Positions 49,903 through 60,145 of a stretch of DNA of 64,000 nucleotides are shown piece by piece. The stretch's first letter is position 1. Each line of letters starts with the position of its first letter. The stretch lies in the NCBI GenBank assembly GCA_963719985.1, contig CAVRDU010000005.1, forward strand, positions 770,817 through 834,816, read 5' to 3'. The notes below the pieces were generated by a model, which worked only from the letters and a program-made list of their open reading frames with translations, searched no databases and was not told the origin of the DNA. Origin of the DNA: Candidatus Aminicenantes bacterium. GTDB taxonomy: Bacteria; Acidobacteriota; Aminicenantia; Aminicenantales; Saccharicenantaceae. Made by a program: the position numbers and the translations under genes.

Positions 49903-52798
49903 CTAGAAGTTGAACCGGATGCCGAAGCGGAAGACCCTGGGATTGAGGATGCGCTGGTCTTCCCGGAAGTTGGCCGCGGTCATACGCGTCTGCTGCTTGA
50001 GGGCGACGTGGGAATTGCTGACGTTGAAGGCGTCGACGGAGAGGGCGACGTAGGATCGGCCGCTGAGATTGAAGATCTTTTCCAATCGGAGCGCCGCCAT
50101 CCAGAAGGTGGGCAGCCGCTCGTCGCCGAACTTGCCGCCGCCGTCCGGGCTGCCGAAGAGAGTGGCGTTGCCTATTCCCGGCCGGGTGACGAGGACGTCC
50201 GTCCGGAGGACGTAGCCTTCCCGCGCGATGAACGTGCCGCTGACGTTGACGCCGAAGGGCAGCTGGTAGAGGCCGGTGAGCTTGAACTGCCACCGCGAAT
50301 TGACGTAGATGCCGGTCAGACCGGAGCCGCCGCTCCCGGGCGCCACGACGCCGCCGTCATAGTATTCGACGTTATGCGGGTCGATGAAATCGCCTTTGTA
50401 ATGGTCCTTCCAGGACGAGAGCGTGAAGGACGTATCCATCATCCACTTGCTCGAAAGCCTCTTGGTGAATACGAGCTGGGCGGCCATGTAGTCGTCGTAA
50501 CGGTTAGGGTAGTTGGTGCGGTAGCTGGAGGCGATGAATCTCGTCGTGCGGCCGTAGATATCGTAGCCGGTGATGGGCTCGGTCCCAGAGACATAGTAGT
50601 TGGACTGGGTCTCCAGGTCACCCGCCGTGTTCCTGCCGATCGTCCAGGTGTTCCCGGAGCTGCGCTTGTAGATGAGCTCGATGCGGCCGGCGAAGTCGGT
50701 CAGGAGCTCGCGTTCGTAGGACAGATTGACCTCGTCCAGGCGGGGGCTGTGGTACTTGGCATCGAATTCGTTCCTGATGGCCAGACTCGTGGGATCGTCC
50801 CGGTTAAAGCCGCCGTACCAGAGCCAGTAGTCCGGATCGTTCGGGTCCTGGAGCTCGTAGGTGTCCCAGTCGAGGCCGAAGAGCTCGTTATTTGTCACGA
50901 TCTCGTCGCCGTTGAGGTCCTGCCATATGACATCGATCTCGGTCCAGCCGACGGGATTGATGAAGCTTGCTAGGCCGAATCCGCTCTGGGAGCCGTAACG
51001 GGAGGCTGAGAGCTTGAGCAGGTTCTTGCCGTCGCCAGAGATGTCATAGACCAGGCTCAGCCGGGGGGACCAGGTCTTCCACTTGACGGGAGCGTTGATC
51101 TTGGGGACGTTGAGCTCGGGCATGTACTGTGGCAGCCACAGGGAAGCCGGAACGGTGTTCTCAGCGACGTTGGCTTGCTCTTGGTCGTAGCGTATGCCCA
51201 CGTTGAAAGTCAAGCGGCCGAAGGTCGCCGTGTCCTGGAGGAAGGCGGAATAGCGCTTGAAGCCGAAGGAGATATAGTAATCCCTGAGAAGCCAGGCCTC
51301 CCACCACTCCCCGGTCGGGAAGGACGGTTCGGGTCCATAGTAGTGGAGCGTCAGGTTGCCTTCGTAGAGGTCGAATGTCGTGACCGTCGAGGTCACGTAA
51401 TCGGCCCCGAACTTGAACTCGTGATCGCCGCCAAGGACGTTCTCGGCGAAGTAGTTGCCGCTGAAGTTGACATTGAGCTGGTTGCGGTCCGTCCCGTAGT
51501 CGTCGATGTTACCGGAGGCGTAATGGTAGGGGTAATGAATCTCGGTCAAATAGGGGCCTGCGGGTTGCCGGTCGGCCGGCCCAGGGCGGGAACCAACTCA
51601 AAGCCGCCGTCGGTGTATATGCCCTTGAGGTTGAGGTAGAGGTTGCCGAAAGGTCTGGTCGAGCTCGCCCTTGTAGATGCCGCCCGGTCCGATCTGGTTC
51701 CAAACGGTGTCGGGCGACTGCTCCTCGGAGCCCCAGTTCGTCCGGCCCCACTTTTTCTTGTTGTCGTACTCGTAAAAGGCGTTGAACCGGGTCGTCGGCG
51801 TGATCTGGAAGTCCAGACGGGCGTAGCCGGAGACGAGCCAGGTCTTGTCCGTCGTCCCTGTCAGGGTGCCTGGCGTCGATGTCTTGGATCGCCCCAGGAG
51901 CCGTAGAACCAAGCCTTTTCTTGACGAATGGGCCTCCGAAGTTGGCGCCGTACAGGTAGACGCGGTCGATCCCCGCGGCCGTATACCCCACGTCCTTGAG
52001 CGCCTGGGGGACATTGTCGGCTTGCCAGGCTTGGTCCTCGACATCCATGTAAAAGGTCCCGGCGTAGCTGTTGCCGCCTCTCTTGGCCACCAGGTTGAGC
52101 TGGACGCCGCCCGTCTGCGACCGGACGTCGTTGTTGCCGTAGTTGATCTGCATCTCGTCGTAGCTGGCGATGTTGACGTACGCCGGGGCCGCGCCCAGGG
52201 CCGAGTTGTCGGTGATGTTGCCGCCGTCGATGCTCCAGGTGGAGTCGCCGCGGCCGCCGCCGTGACCGTAGTACGAGGACTGCTGGCCGCCTTCGTTGCC
52301 GCCGACGTCCTCGCGGTCGACGAGCATGCCCGGCATGAGGGTCATGAGCACCCAGGGGTTGCGGGCCGTAGGCAGGCTCATCAGGGTCTCCGAGGTGATG
52401 TTCACCCCGACCTGGGTCCTACGGGCGTCGATGACCGGGGATTGCCCGACGACGGTCACCTGCTCCTCGATCGTGGCCTGCTCCAGAACGACTTCAAAGA
52501 TGACGTCGCGGCCGAAGGAAACGGTGAGCTTCTCCCGGACGTAAGTCCTGAAGCCCTGCAATTCCAGCCTCAGCGCGTAGTCGCTGCCCACCGGAAGCTG
52601 CAGGAATCGGACCGACCCGCCCACGGAACTCACCGTGGACATGGGAGCGATCTTGTTGCCGGTCAGAGTAGCGCTTACGCCGGGGAGAGGCGTCCCGCCG
52701 GCGTCCTTGACAGTGACCTTGATGCTGCCGAATTCTTGTGCGAAGGCGGAGGCACCCATCAAGGTCAGCAGGCAAATGAATGCTAAGAATTTTCTCAA
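49903..52798 (-). pseudogene. TonB-dependent receptor (CarbopepD_reg + plug + beta-barrel) with at least two frameshifts
   Basis: TTG start at about 52798 after AGGAGG gives signal MRKFLAFICLLTLMGASAFAQE. CarbopepD_reg domain, then a plug, across three frames (51509..52900, then 51598..52044, then 49903..51549). Barrel ends with the typical ...RFGIRFNF. Confidence 0.65.
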
Positions 52799-52889
52799 AG
52801 GTCCTCCTTCAATCCCCTTAACCTTGCGGAATACAGCCCATTCCTTGAGCGGAGCGGACGCTCGAGCCGATGCGTGTTTCTTGTGTAAA

Positions 52890-52920
52890 TGACCTATCAC
52901 CCCCTTTAACTGGTGATATC
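52890..52920. promoter_or_regulatory. Inverted repeat TATCACC-N10-GGTGATA in the relatively AT-rich intergenic region upstream of the TonB-dependent receptor
   Basis: Perfect 7-bp arms about 100 nt upstream of the TBDR start, inside a roughly 50% GC spacer (52900-53138). Confidence 0.3.
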
Positions 52921-53138
52921 AAAACCTCTGGCCCAAGATTATGCGAAATATATGCCAGCAAGCGGCCGGCCCGGATCGTCTGTAACTTACAGAAAAATCA
53001 CATGGTTCAATATCTTGAACAGCCCGGGCGCCTACATCCTTTTGGATTGATACAATTTTCTGTACGCAGCGAACAGCACAGCGTTGGAGACCACTCGAGG
53101 TTAGTCAAAGCCCCCCGCCTGGAAAGCCCGGATCTCTT

Positions 53139-55067
53139 CTATCTTTCGGAGACGACGAGGGTGACGCGGCCGTCGAAGTCGGTGACGGCCACCTCCCGGG
53201 CGCTGATCGGGGTCACCGTGTTGAGAAGGGCGACGCCGACGCGGTGCTGCCACCTGATGGCGCCCGTCTCGGCGTCGAGGGCGAGGAGCAGCCCGTTCTT
53301 CGTCCCGTAGAAGACGACGCCGTCCTTCTCCGCGAGCTGAGCGGAACTGATGTCCTGGGTGACGCCCATATCTGTCTCCCAGAGCGTTTCCTGGCCGTCG
53401 GCGTCCGGCGCCACGGCGGCGATGAGGCCGTCGGTCGTCCGGACGAAGACGCGGCGTCCGTCCTCCGAAACGCCGATCGATTCGCGGACCGACAGGTTGT
53501 CCGTCCCCCAGAGCTCCTGTCCGGAGGAGAGGTCGATGGCCGTCATCATCTTGTCGGGGGCGACGATGAACACCCGGCCGGCCGCCGCGACGGGCCAGCA
53601 GGCCGCCGGCGCGTAGTACCGGCTCGGCCGCTCACCCTGCCAAGTCCAGGCGACGCGGCCCGTCCTGGCCTCGAGAGCGTAGAGCCGTCCGTCCCAGGCG
53701 CCGAAGACGGCCTTCCCGTCCGCGACGAGCGGTCTCGCCTCGACGAAGCCCTCGACGCCGTTGTGGCTCCAGGCGGCCTCCCCCGAGGCCAGGCGGATGG
53801 CCCGGAAGACGTGATCGCTCGATCCGATGTAGACGACGCCGTCGGCGATCCGCGGGCTGGCGACGACCGGCCCTCCCGTCTGGACCTTCCAGACGAGCTC
53901 CCCCGTCCGGGCGTCGAGGGCCCGGATCGCGCCGTCCGTGCCGGCGAAGACGACGCGGCCGCCGCCGACGGCCGGTGTCGAATAGACGGGGTCGTCGGTC
54001 TTGAACTCCCAGGCGAGACTGCCGTCGGCGATCCGCAGGGCGCGCACGGCCCCCGAAGCGTCCGCGAAGACGACGGTATCGCCGGAAACGGCCGCGGAAG
54101 ACGCGATCGTCCAGCCGGCCTCGAACCGCCAGCGGACGCGGACGCCGGGGAAGAGCTCGTTGACCCAGAGGTCGGGCCGCGGTGGCCCCGCCGCGGGTTT
54201 GGCGTTCCCGCCGGCCGCGCCCCGGCCCCTCACGACGGCCGGCAGGCCGCCCTTCCGCAGCGCGATCCGATGCCAGGGGGCCCGCGTCCGACCGGCCGTT
54301 CTCTCGGCGAAGCTTATGTCCTTGGTCCCGATCTCGACGATCGTGTAGCCCGGCGCGGCCTCCTTCGTCCCCAGGTTCGACCGGCCCATGACCCCGGCCA
54401 GTCCTTCGAAGCTCATGGCCTGGCTGTTATGGCCGTGACCGACGAGAACGGCCGCCGTGGGGACCGTCTTCAGCCTGTCGAGCACGACGAACCAGTTGGC
54501 CACGCTCTCGTCAAGGGGATAGTGGGTGACGAAGACGGTCGGCGTCGCCGCCGCGCCCTCCTCCGCGAGCAAGCCGTCGAGCCAGCGGACGTCCTGGGGG
54601 GCGAAGTGGCCGTCACCCATCTTCACGACCGGGCCCTGATGCATGCCGATGAACCGGAAGCCGCCGCTTTCGAAGGCGAAGCGCTCGGCCCCCCAAAGTC
54701 TGACGAAATCCGAGCCGCCCGACTCCGACCATCTCGTGTCGTGGTTGCCGGGGATGATGTGGTAGGGGGCGCGGAGGCCGTCGAGGATGTCCTTGGCCAG
54801 ACGCATCTCCGCGTACGATCCCATCTCCGTGACGTCGCCCGTCACGAGGACGAAGGCGATCTTGGACTGCCGGTTGATGTCCGAGACCGAAACCCGGAGA
54901 TCGTCGGCGCCGCGGTCGGAACCCACGTGGGTGTCGGAGAGCCAGGCGAACCGCAAAGGGGCGCGGGCGCCTGACGGCGCGGCCACCGCCCCCGCGACGA
55001 TGAGAGCCCCGGCGACGAGCAGGGCGATGGGCAGGATAAGAAGGATGCGCCGGCGCGGTTTCGTCAT
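53139..55067 (-). CDS. Calcineurin-like metallophosphoesterase fused to a PQQ-repeat beta-propeller, exported
   Basis: Track ORF 53139..55112. Preferred ATG at 55067 gives MTKPRRRILLILPIALLVAGALIVAGAVAA. MPE motifs (LSDTHVG, VTGDVTEMG, GNHD, GHGH). C-terminal half has repeated PQQ/BamB-like blades (DGSLAWEFKT..., TGELVWKV..., SGEAAWSH..., TGRVAWTW..., SGQELWGT..., TGAIRWQH...). Confidence 0.75.
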   Translation of the reverse strand: MTKPRRRILLILPIALLVAGALIVAGAVAAPSGARAPLRFAWLSDTHVGSDRGADDLRVSVSDINRQSKIAFVLVTGDVTEMGSYAEMRLAKDILDGLRAPYHIIPGNHDTRWSESGGSDFVRLWGAERFAFESGGFRFIGMHQGPVVKMGDGHFAPQDVRWLDGLLAEEGAAATPTVFVTHYPLDESVANWFVVLDRLKTVPTAAVLVGHGHNSQAMSFEGLAGVMGRSNLGTKEAAPGYTIVEIGTKDISFAERTAGRTRAPWHRIALRKGGLPAVVRGRGAAGGNAKPAAGPPRPDLWVNELFPGVRVRWRFEAGWTIASSAAVSGDTVVFADASGAVRALRIADGSLAWEFKTDDPVYSTPAVGGGRVVFAGTDGAIRALDARTGELVWKVQTGGPVVASPRIADGVVYIGSSDHVFRAIRLASGEAAWSHNGVEGFVEARPLVADGKAVFGAWDGRLYALEARTGRVAWTWQGERPSRYYAPAACWPVAAAGRVFIVAPDKMMTAIDLSSGQELWGTDNLSVRESIGVSEDGRRVFVRTTDGLIAAVAPDADGQETLWETDMGVTQDISSAQLAEKDGVVFYGTKNGLLLALDAETGAIRWQHRVGVALLNTVTPISAREVAVTDFDGRVTLVVSER

Positions 55068-55223
55068 GGGTCGGCTCTTCGGATCCACCACGGGATACGT
55101 GGTCCGACTCAATCGTAGGGTTCCGCCGACGACTTGTCAAATGCCGGGTCGCGGATTGACTGCCCCCCGGCCGCGGGCGTACACTTAGGCCACAGTTCAT
55201 CCGTATCATCAGGGAGGTTCCCC

Positions 55224-56870
55224 ATGTCAACGAACGCCTGGGACCGACGCGATTTCCTGAAGACCCTCCTGGCCGGGACGCCGCTCCTCGCTTGGGACTG
55301 GAGCGCCTTCCCCCGCGGCGGGCAGGAGAAGCTTCCGCCAGGGAGCTATGACGCCGTCGTCATCGGCGCGGGCCTCGGCGGCCTCAGCGCGGCCGCGGCC
55401 TTCGCCCGCCAGGGCTTCAAGGTCCTCGTCCTCGAGCAGCACAGCGTCCCCGGCGGCTACGCCAGTGCCTTCACCCGGCCGGGCGGCTTCGTCTTCGACG
55501 TCTCGCTCCACTCAACGTCCGTCGGCATCCGCGACGGCGTCCCTAACCTCATCCAGGGCTTCCCCGAGATCGAGGACGTCGTCTTCGTCCCCCACAAGCC
55601 CCTCTACCGGGTCATCTACCCGGACCACGACATCCGCGTGCCCCACCGCGACGTCCCGGCCTACGTCAAGATCCTCAAGTCCCATTTCCCCGGCGAGGCC
55701 GACAGCATCGACGGCATCTTCGCCGACATGAAGGGGTTCACCGACGAGCTCGGCCGGCTCCAAACGGCGGGCGGCCAGGTCGACATGTCGACCTTCCCCA
55801 CGAGCTATCCCCACGTCTTCAAGAACTTCAACCGGACCTGGGCGGCGATGCTCGACGACAGGATCAAGGACCCCAAGCTCAAGGCTGTCATCTCCGGGCT
55901 GTGGGGGTACTTCGGGCTTCCCCCGTCGAAGGTCTCGACCTTCTATTACGCCATGCCGCTCATGGGCTACCTCGAGGAGGGCGGCTACTACCCCGTCGGA
56001 ACGTCGCAGAGGATCAGCGACGCCTTCGTCGCCCTCATCGAGAAGCACGGAGGCGAGGTCAAGCTCAACGCGAAGGTCGAGCGGATCCTCGTCCGCGACC
56101 ACGCCGCCACCGGCGTCCGGACCGCGGACGGCGCCGAGTACCGCGCCCGGGCCGTCGTCTCCAACGCCAACGCCCCGGACACGTTCACCCGGATGATGCC
56201 CGACGAGAAGGAGTTCCTCAAGGACCTCCTGGCCCGCATGGACGGGCTCTCCGTCAGCTTCTCGACCTTCCTCGTCTGGATGGGGCTCCGGACGGACCTC
56301 GTCCGCAAGGTCGGGCTCGAGGACAGCGAGATCTTCTACAACACCTCCTACGACATCGAGGCCGATTACCGGGACATCCTGGCCGGGGGGCTTCCGGAGA
56401 ATCCCGGCTTCGGCCTGACCGTCTACGACAACCTCGGCCCGGGCTTCTCGCCCAAGGGCAAGAACACCCTCAACATCATCGTCGCGCAGGGCTACGATCA
56501 CTGGAAGAAATACGAGACCGACTACTTCTACGGCAACAAGGACGCCTACACCAAGGAGAAGATGCGCCTGGCCGACATCCTGATCGACAAGGCCGAGAAG
56601 ACGCTCCTGCCGGGGCTGCGCGAGTCCATCGAGGTCCTCGAGGTCGCGACGCCGCTGACCAACCTCCGCTTCACCGGCCATCCGCGCGGCGCGGTCTACG
56701 GCTGGGACCAGACCGTCGATAATTCGGGCCAGCGGCGCTTCCCGCAGAAAACGCCGATCCGGAACCTCTACCTCTCGGGGGCCTGGACCTTCCCGGGCCA
56801 CGGCTACGGCGCCTGCGTCCCCAGCGGGCTTTCGTGTTTCGGTCAGATCATGGCCGACTGGAACGGCTGA
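55224..56870 (+). CDS. TAT-exported FAD/NAD(P)-binding oxidoreductase (phytoene-desaturase/amine-oxidase-like)
   Basis: GGAGG-6nt-ATG at 55224. Twin-arginine signal MSTNAWDRRDFLKTLLAGTPLLAW. Rossmann motif VVIGAGLGGLSAAAAFARQG. Confidence 0.8.
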   Translation: MSTNAWDRRDFLKTLLAGTPLLAWDWSAFPRGGQEKLPPGSYDAVVIGAGLGGLSAAAAFARQGFKVLVLEQHSVPGGYASAFTRPGGFVFDVSLHSTSVGIRDGVPNLIQGFPEIEDVVFVPHKPLYRVIYPDHDIRVPHRDVPAYVKILKSHFPGEADSIDGIFADMKGFTDELGRLQTAGGQVDMSTFPTSYPHVFKNFNRTWAAMLDDRIKDPKLKAVISGLWGYFGLPPSKVSTFYYAMPLMGYLEEGGYYPVGTSQRISDAFVALIEKHGGEVKLNAKVERILVRDHAATGVRTADGAEYRARAVVSNANAPDTFTRMMPDEKEFLKDLLARMDGLSVSFSTFLVWMGLRTDLVRKVGLEDSEIFYNTSYDIEADYRDILAGGLPENPGFGLTVYDNLGPGFSPKGKNTLNIIVAQGYDHWKKYETDYFYGNKDAYTKEKMRLADILIDKAEKTLLPGLRESIEVLEVATPLTNLRFTGHPRGAVYGWDQTVDNSGQRRFPQKTPIRNLYLSGAWTFPGHGYGACVPSGLSCFGQIMADWNG

Positions 56871-57090
56871 TCGGGAAGAGGGCTGCGCGAGGATCTTCGA
56901 GACCATCTGGCGGGACCGGGCCCGCGCCGCCGGCTGGGACCTCGCGATCGAGTACCGGAACGAGGGTTACCGGGCGAGCGAGTGCCTGCTGCGCTTCACA
57001 AAACCGATGTGATCCCGCCGATCGGCCGGCGGATCAAACTCCCCGCCTTCTCCTCATCACCACACATTTCGTCACGGAGCCCCGATCCCG

Positions 57091-57119
57091 TTGACTTTCG
57101 CCCGGCCCGCCTTTATAAA
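57091..57119 (+). promoter_or_regulatory. Sigma-70-type promoter TTGACT-17bp-TATAAA
   Basis: TTGACT at 57091-57096 and TATAAA at 57114-57119, directly upstream of the SD GGAGGAGGA and the LMW-PTP gene. Confidence 0.55.
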
Positions 57120-57139
57120 ACAAGGGAGAGGAGGACGCC

Positions 57140-57601
57140 TTGACCGAGATGGTACCGAACAAACCGCTCAAAATCCTGTTCGTGTGTGCGGCCAATCTCT
57201 GTCGGAGTCCGCTTGCCGAAATCATCGCTGCAAAGTTCTATCGGGAAATGCTCGAGGCCCAAAGCGCCGGTGTTTCTCCCGCCCATTGCCCGGTCTATAA
57301 GGAAGCCGTCTGCGTTGCCGAAAAGTTTTATGGGGCCGATTTCTCGGGCCATAAGCCGCGGCACGTCCTGGAATGCTCGCTCGCGGGATTTGATTATATC
57401 ATCGCCATGGATTCCTCGGTTCGAGAAGCCCTGGCGGAAATGATGCCTGTCCCTCAGGACAAGATTCTGACGTGGGAGATCGCCGACCCTTGCGGATACG
57501 AAGCTGAGGTCTATGAGCGGGCGGCAAGAGAGATCGAACGTGAGTTGAAAGGGTTTGTCGAAGACAGGAAAAAAGAGAAACAGGCCAAGGATGGCAAATA
57601 A
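57140..57601 (+). CDS. Low-molecular-weight protein-tyrosine phosphatase / ArsC-like arsenate reductase family protein
   Basis: 153 aa with P-loop CAANLCRSP (CX5R). The gene is visibly lower in GC (about 55%) than its flanks. Confidence 0.75.
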   Translation: MTEMVPNKPLKILFVCAANLCRSPLAEIIAAKFYREMLEAQSAGVSPAHCPVYKEAVCVAEKFYGADFSGHKPRHVLECSLAGFDYIIAMDSSVREALAEMMPVPQDKILTWEIADPCGYEAEVYERAAREIERELKGFVEDRKKEKQAKDGK

Positions 57602-57613
57602 AACGCCGCCGCC

Positions 57614-58372
57614 TCAGGGGCCCGGCTCGCGTGTCCCGACCAGCATGACCAGCTGACCAGGCCCGGACGCGAGCTCGAGCCGATGCTGCTCGACCAGGAA
57701 CCCGGCGCCTTCCATGCGGGCCAGCCACGTCCGCAAGGGGAACAAGCCGAGGATGTGCCTGTCGAGCTCGAGGCTCGACCTCCCGCCTTCCCTGATGACA
57801 TAGACCATGATCGATTCGATCGTGGTGTCCGAGGGGTCCGGATCGTGGTCGAACTCGATGAACGTCAGGTCCCTCCGGCCGTCCGAATTCGTGGCGGAAG
57901 AGACGCGGCAGTCCCGGAAGGTCTCCCGGAAATGATCGGGCGTCACGATCAGAAGGCCGCCCGCCCCGAGATGGGCGGCGGCCGTCGCGAACGCGGCCCG
58001 GAGGTCGTCTTCCGTGAGCATATAGTCGACCGCGTCGTGGATGATCACCGCCTGGAACGTCCGTCCGAGGCGGACGGTCCTCATGTCCCCGAGATGATGG
58101 TCGACGGACGGATTCAGCCGGGTCGAATGCTCCAACATCCCCGCGGAGAGATCGACGGCGGTCGCCTGGAACTCGGCCGTGAGGTGGGACAGGAGGTGGC
58201 CGCCGCCGACCCCCAGCTCGAGGAGCGTGTGACGCCCCGGCCCCAGCTTGCTTCTCAGGATCCGGATCCATTTCGGGGCTTCGGCCGCGTAGTCCCCGGG
58301 CGGGCTGACCACGGGCCAGAGGTGGACGAGGTCGCCGTAAAGCCGATTGAGCTTGATCGCGGAGACGTCCAT
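57614..58372 (-). CDS. Class I SAM-dependent methyltransferase
   Basis: ATG at 58372 (MDVSAIKLNRLYGDL...). SAM-binding motif LLELGVGGGHLLSHL. Confidence 0.75.
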   Translation of the reverse strand: MDVSAIKLNRLYGDLVHLWPVVSPPGDYAAEAPKWIRILRSKLGPGRHTLLELGVGGGHLLSHLTAEFQATAVDLSAGMLEHSTRLNPSVDHHLGDMRTVRLGRTFQAVIIHDAVDYMLTEDDLRAAFATAAAHLGAGGLLIVTPDHFRETFRDCRVSSATNSDGRRDLTFIEFDHDPDPSDTTIESIMVYVIREGGRSSLELDRHILGLFPLRTWLARMEGAGFLVEQHRLELASGPGQLVMLVGTREPGP

Positions 58373-58563
58373 GGTCGACCCCTTTCTCCGAGACGGGCCA
58401 GGGCCCCGCTCGCGTGATGCCCCTATTCTAGAGGCCTTCCTTCCGGAGGACAAGTCCCCATAGAACGTGCGGCCGCGACGGGCCCGGTTCGCCCATTTCC
58501 TACCATTCCTATAGTCTTAATTGACGCTCGCCCTCCGTTCGGGTAGAATGGGCTTCAAGAACC

Positions 58564-59499
58564 ATGATAAAGCGTCGGCCGGTGCCGTTCCCGCTCGTTT
58601 GTCCTATTCTGCTGGTCTGCCTCGCCGCCGACGCCCGGCCGAGCCCCGTTCCCGCCCTTCCCGATCCTCCCCTTAAGAGCGTCCGGCTCGTCGTCCTCGA
58701 CGCCGGGAACCCCGGCCCGGCCACCGTGGGCTTCCATGTCGAGCTGGAGGCCGGCTGGCATCTCTATTGGGTCGATCCCGGCGACGCCGGACTGGCCCCG
58801 AACGCCCGTTGGACGCTGCCCCCCGGCTTCGAGGCCGGGCCCCTCCGCCATCCGGTCCCCAAGAAGACCGTGGGGAGCGGCGTCGTCTCCCTGGAGCACG
58901 AGGGTCCGGTCCTGCTCCTGTGCGAGATCGTTCCGCCGCCGACGGGATGGCCCGCCGGACCCTGGAAGGCCGCCGCGGTCCTCGAATGGATGGCCTGTCG
59001 CGAGAGCTGCGTCATCGGGGAGACGGCGGTCGAAGCGACCTTCCCGGCGGACGCCGCGGCGCTTGCCGAGAGCCGGTCGCTCTACGAGACGTTCGCCCCG
59101 CGTTTCCCCCGGCCTCTCGCCGGTTCGGGTGTGACGGCCGGCTCCGCGCGGGCCGAATGGACCGGATCGGCCTGGCGCGTCGAGGTCCCCCTCTCGGGCC
59201 CGCGCGCGGGCGAAGCGGGTGAGTTCTTCGCGTATCCCGTCGAGGGTTTCGTCGTCGACAATGCCGCCGTCACCTCCCGGGACGGCCGGATCGTCTGTCC
59301 TTATACCCCTTCCAAGGGCCCGGGCTCACCTCCGCCGACAAGCGTCAGTGGGGTCCTCGTCGTCGCCGGCGCCGGATACGAACTCTCCATCGCGGTGCCC
59401 CGGCAAAAAACCGGCCGCTCGGCCGAATCCACACCCCTCGAATCCCGCCTTTTTCATCCTTCCCTTCCCGGACTCATTTCTAACGTTTTCTGGAGGTAA
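58564..59499 (+). CDS. DsbD N-terminal-domain-like (thiol:disulfide interchange) exported protein
   Basis: Signal peptide; GWHLYW and ACRESCV motifs resembling the DsbC/DsbD_N family. Confidence 0.55.
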   Translation: MIKRRPVPFPLVCPILLVCLAADARPSPVPALPDPPLKSVRLVVLDAGNPGPATVGFHVELEAGWHLYWVDPGDAGLAPNARWTLPPGFEAGPLRHPVPKKTVGSGVVSLEHEGPVLLLCEIVPPPTGWPAGPWKAAAVLEWMACRESCVIGETAVEATFPADAAALAESRSLYETFAPRFPRPLAGSGVTAGSARAEWTGSAWRVEVPLSGPRAGEAGEFFAYPVEGFVVDNAAVTSRDGRIVCPYTPSKGPGSPPPTSVSGVLVVAGAGYELSIAVPRQKTGRSAESTPLESRLFHPSLPGLISNVFWR

Positions 59500-59503
59500 C
59501 ATC

Positions 59504-60127
59504 ATGTCCAAAACGCGACTCGTGAAAGCCGTGTTCCTCAGCCTGGCCTTCCTTACTGCCGCCGGCCTCGCCCTTGCCGCCGAGGACCAGACGCCGCCCG
59601 CCGTCGGCGACACGGCCCCGGCCTTCACGCTCAAGTGCCTCTCCGGCATGGACCACAGCCTGGCCGATTTCAAGGGCAAGATCGTCGTCCTCGAGTGGAC
59701 CAATCCCGGCTGCCCGGTCGTCGCCCGCCACTACAAGGACGGCTTGATGCCCGCCGCGCAGAAAGCGGCCCGGGAGAAGCAGGTCGTCTGGGTGGCCGTC
59801 AACTCGACAAATCCCGAGCACGCCAACTACCGCTCGCCGGAGGAGCTGAAGAAGACCTATTCGGAGTGGCAGGCCGCCTACGCCGTCCAGCTCGTGGACT
59901 CCGACGGGGCGACGGGCCGGGCCTACGGGGCCAAGACGACGCCCCACATTTTCGTCATCGACGCCCAGGGGAAGATCGCCTACAACGGCGCGATCGACGA
60001 CGACACGAGCGGGAATAAAGCCGACCGGACCAACTACGCCCTGGCCACGGTCGATGCCCTCATCGCCGGCCAGCCCGTCGCCGTGGCGACGACCAAGCCC
60101 TACGGCTGCTCGGTCAAGTACAAGTAA
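59504..60127 (+). CDS. Thioredoxin-fold (redoxin-like) exported protein
   Basis: GGAGG-7nt-ATG at 59504. Signal MSKTRLVKAVFLSLAFLTAAGLALA. Thioredoxin-like core VVLEWTNPGCPVVARHY with a single Cys at the active-site position. Confidence 0.6.
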   Translation: MSKTRLVKAVFLSLAFLTAAGLALAAEDQTPPAVGDTAPAFTLKCLSGMDHSLADFKGKIVVLEWTNPGCPVVARHYKDGLMPAAQKAAREKQVVWVAVNSTNPEHANYRSPEELKKTYSEWQAAYAVQLVDSDGATGRAYGAKTTPHIFVIDAQGKIAYNGAIDDDTSGNKADRTNYALATVDALIAGQPVAVATTKPYGCSVKYK

Positions 60128-60145
60128 GGGACGGCCCCGCTCCGC

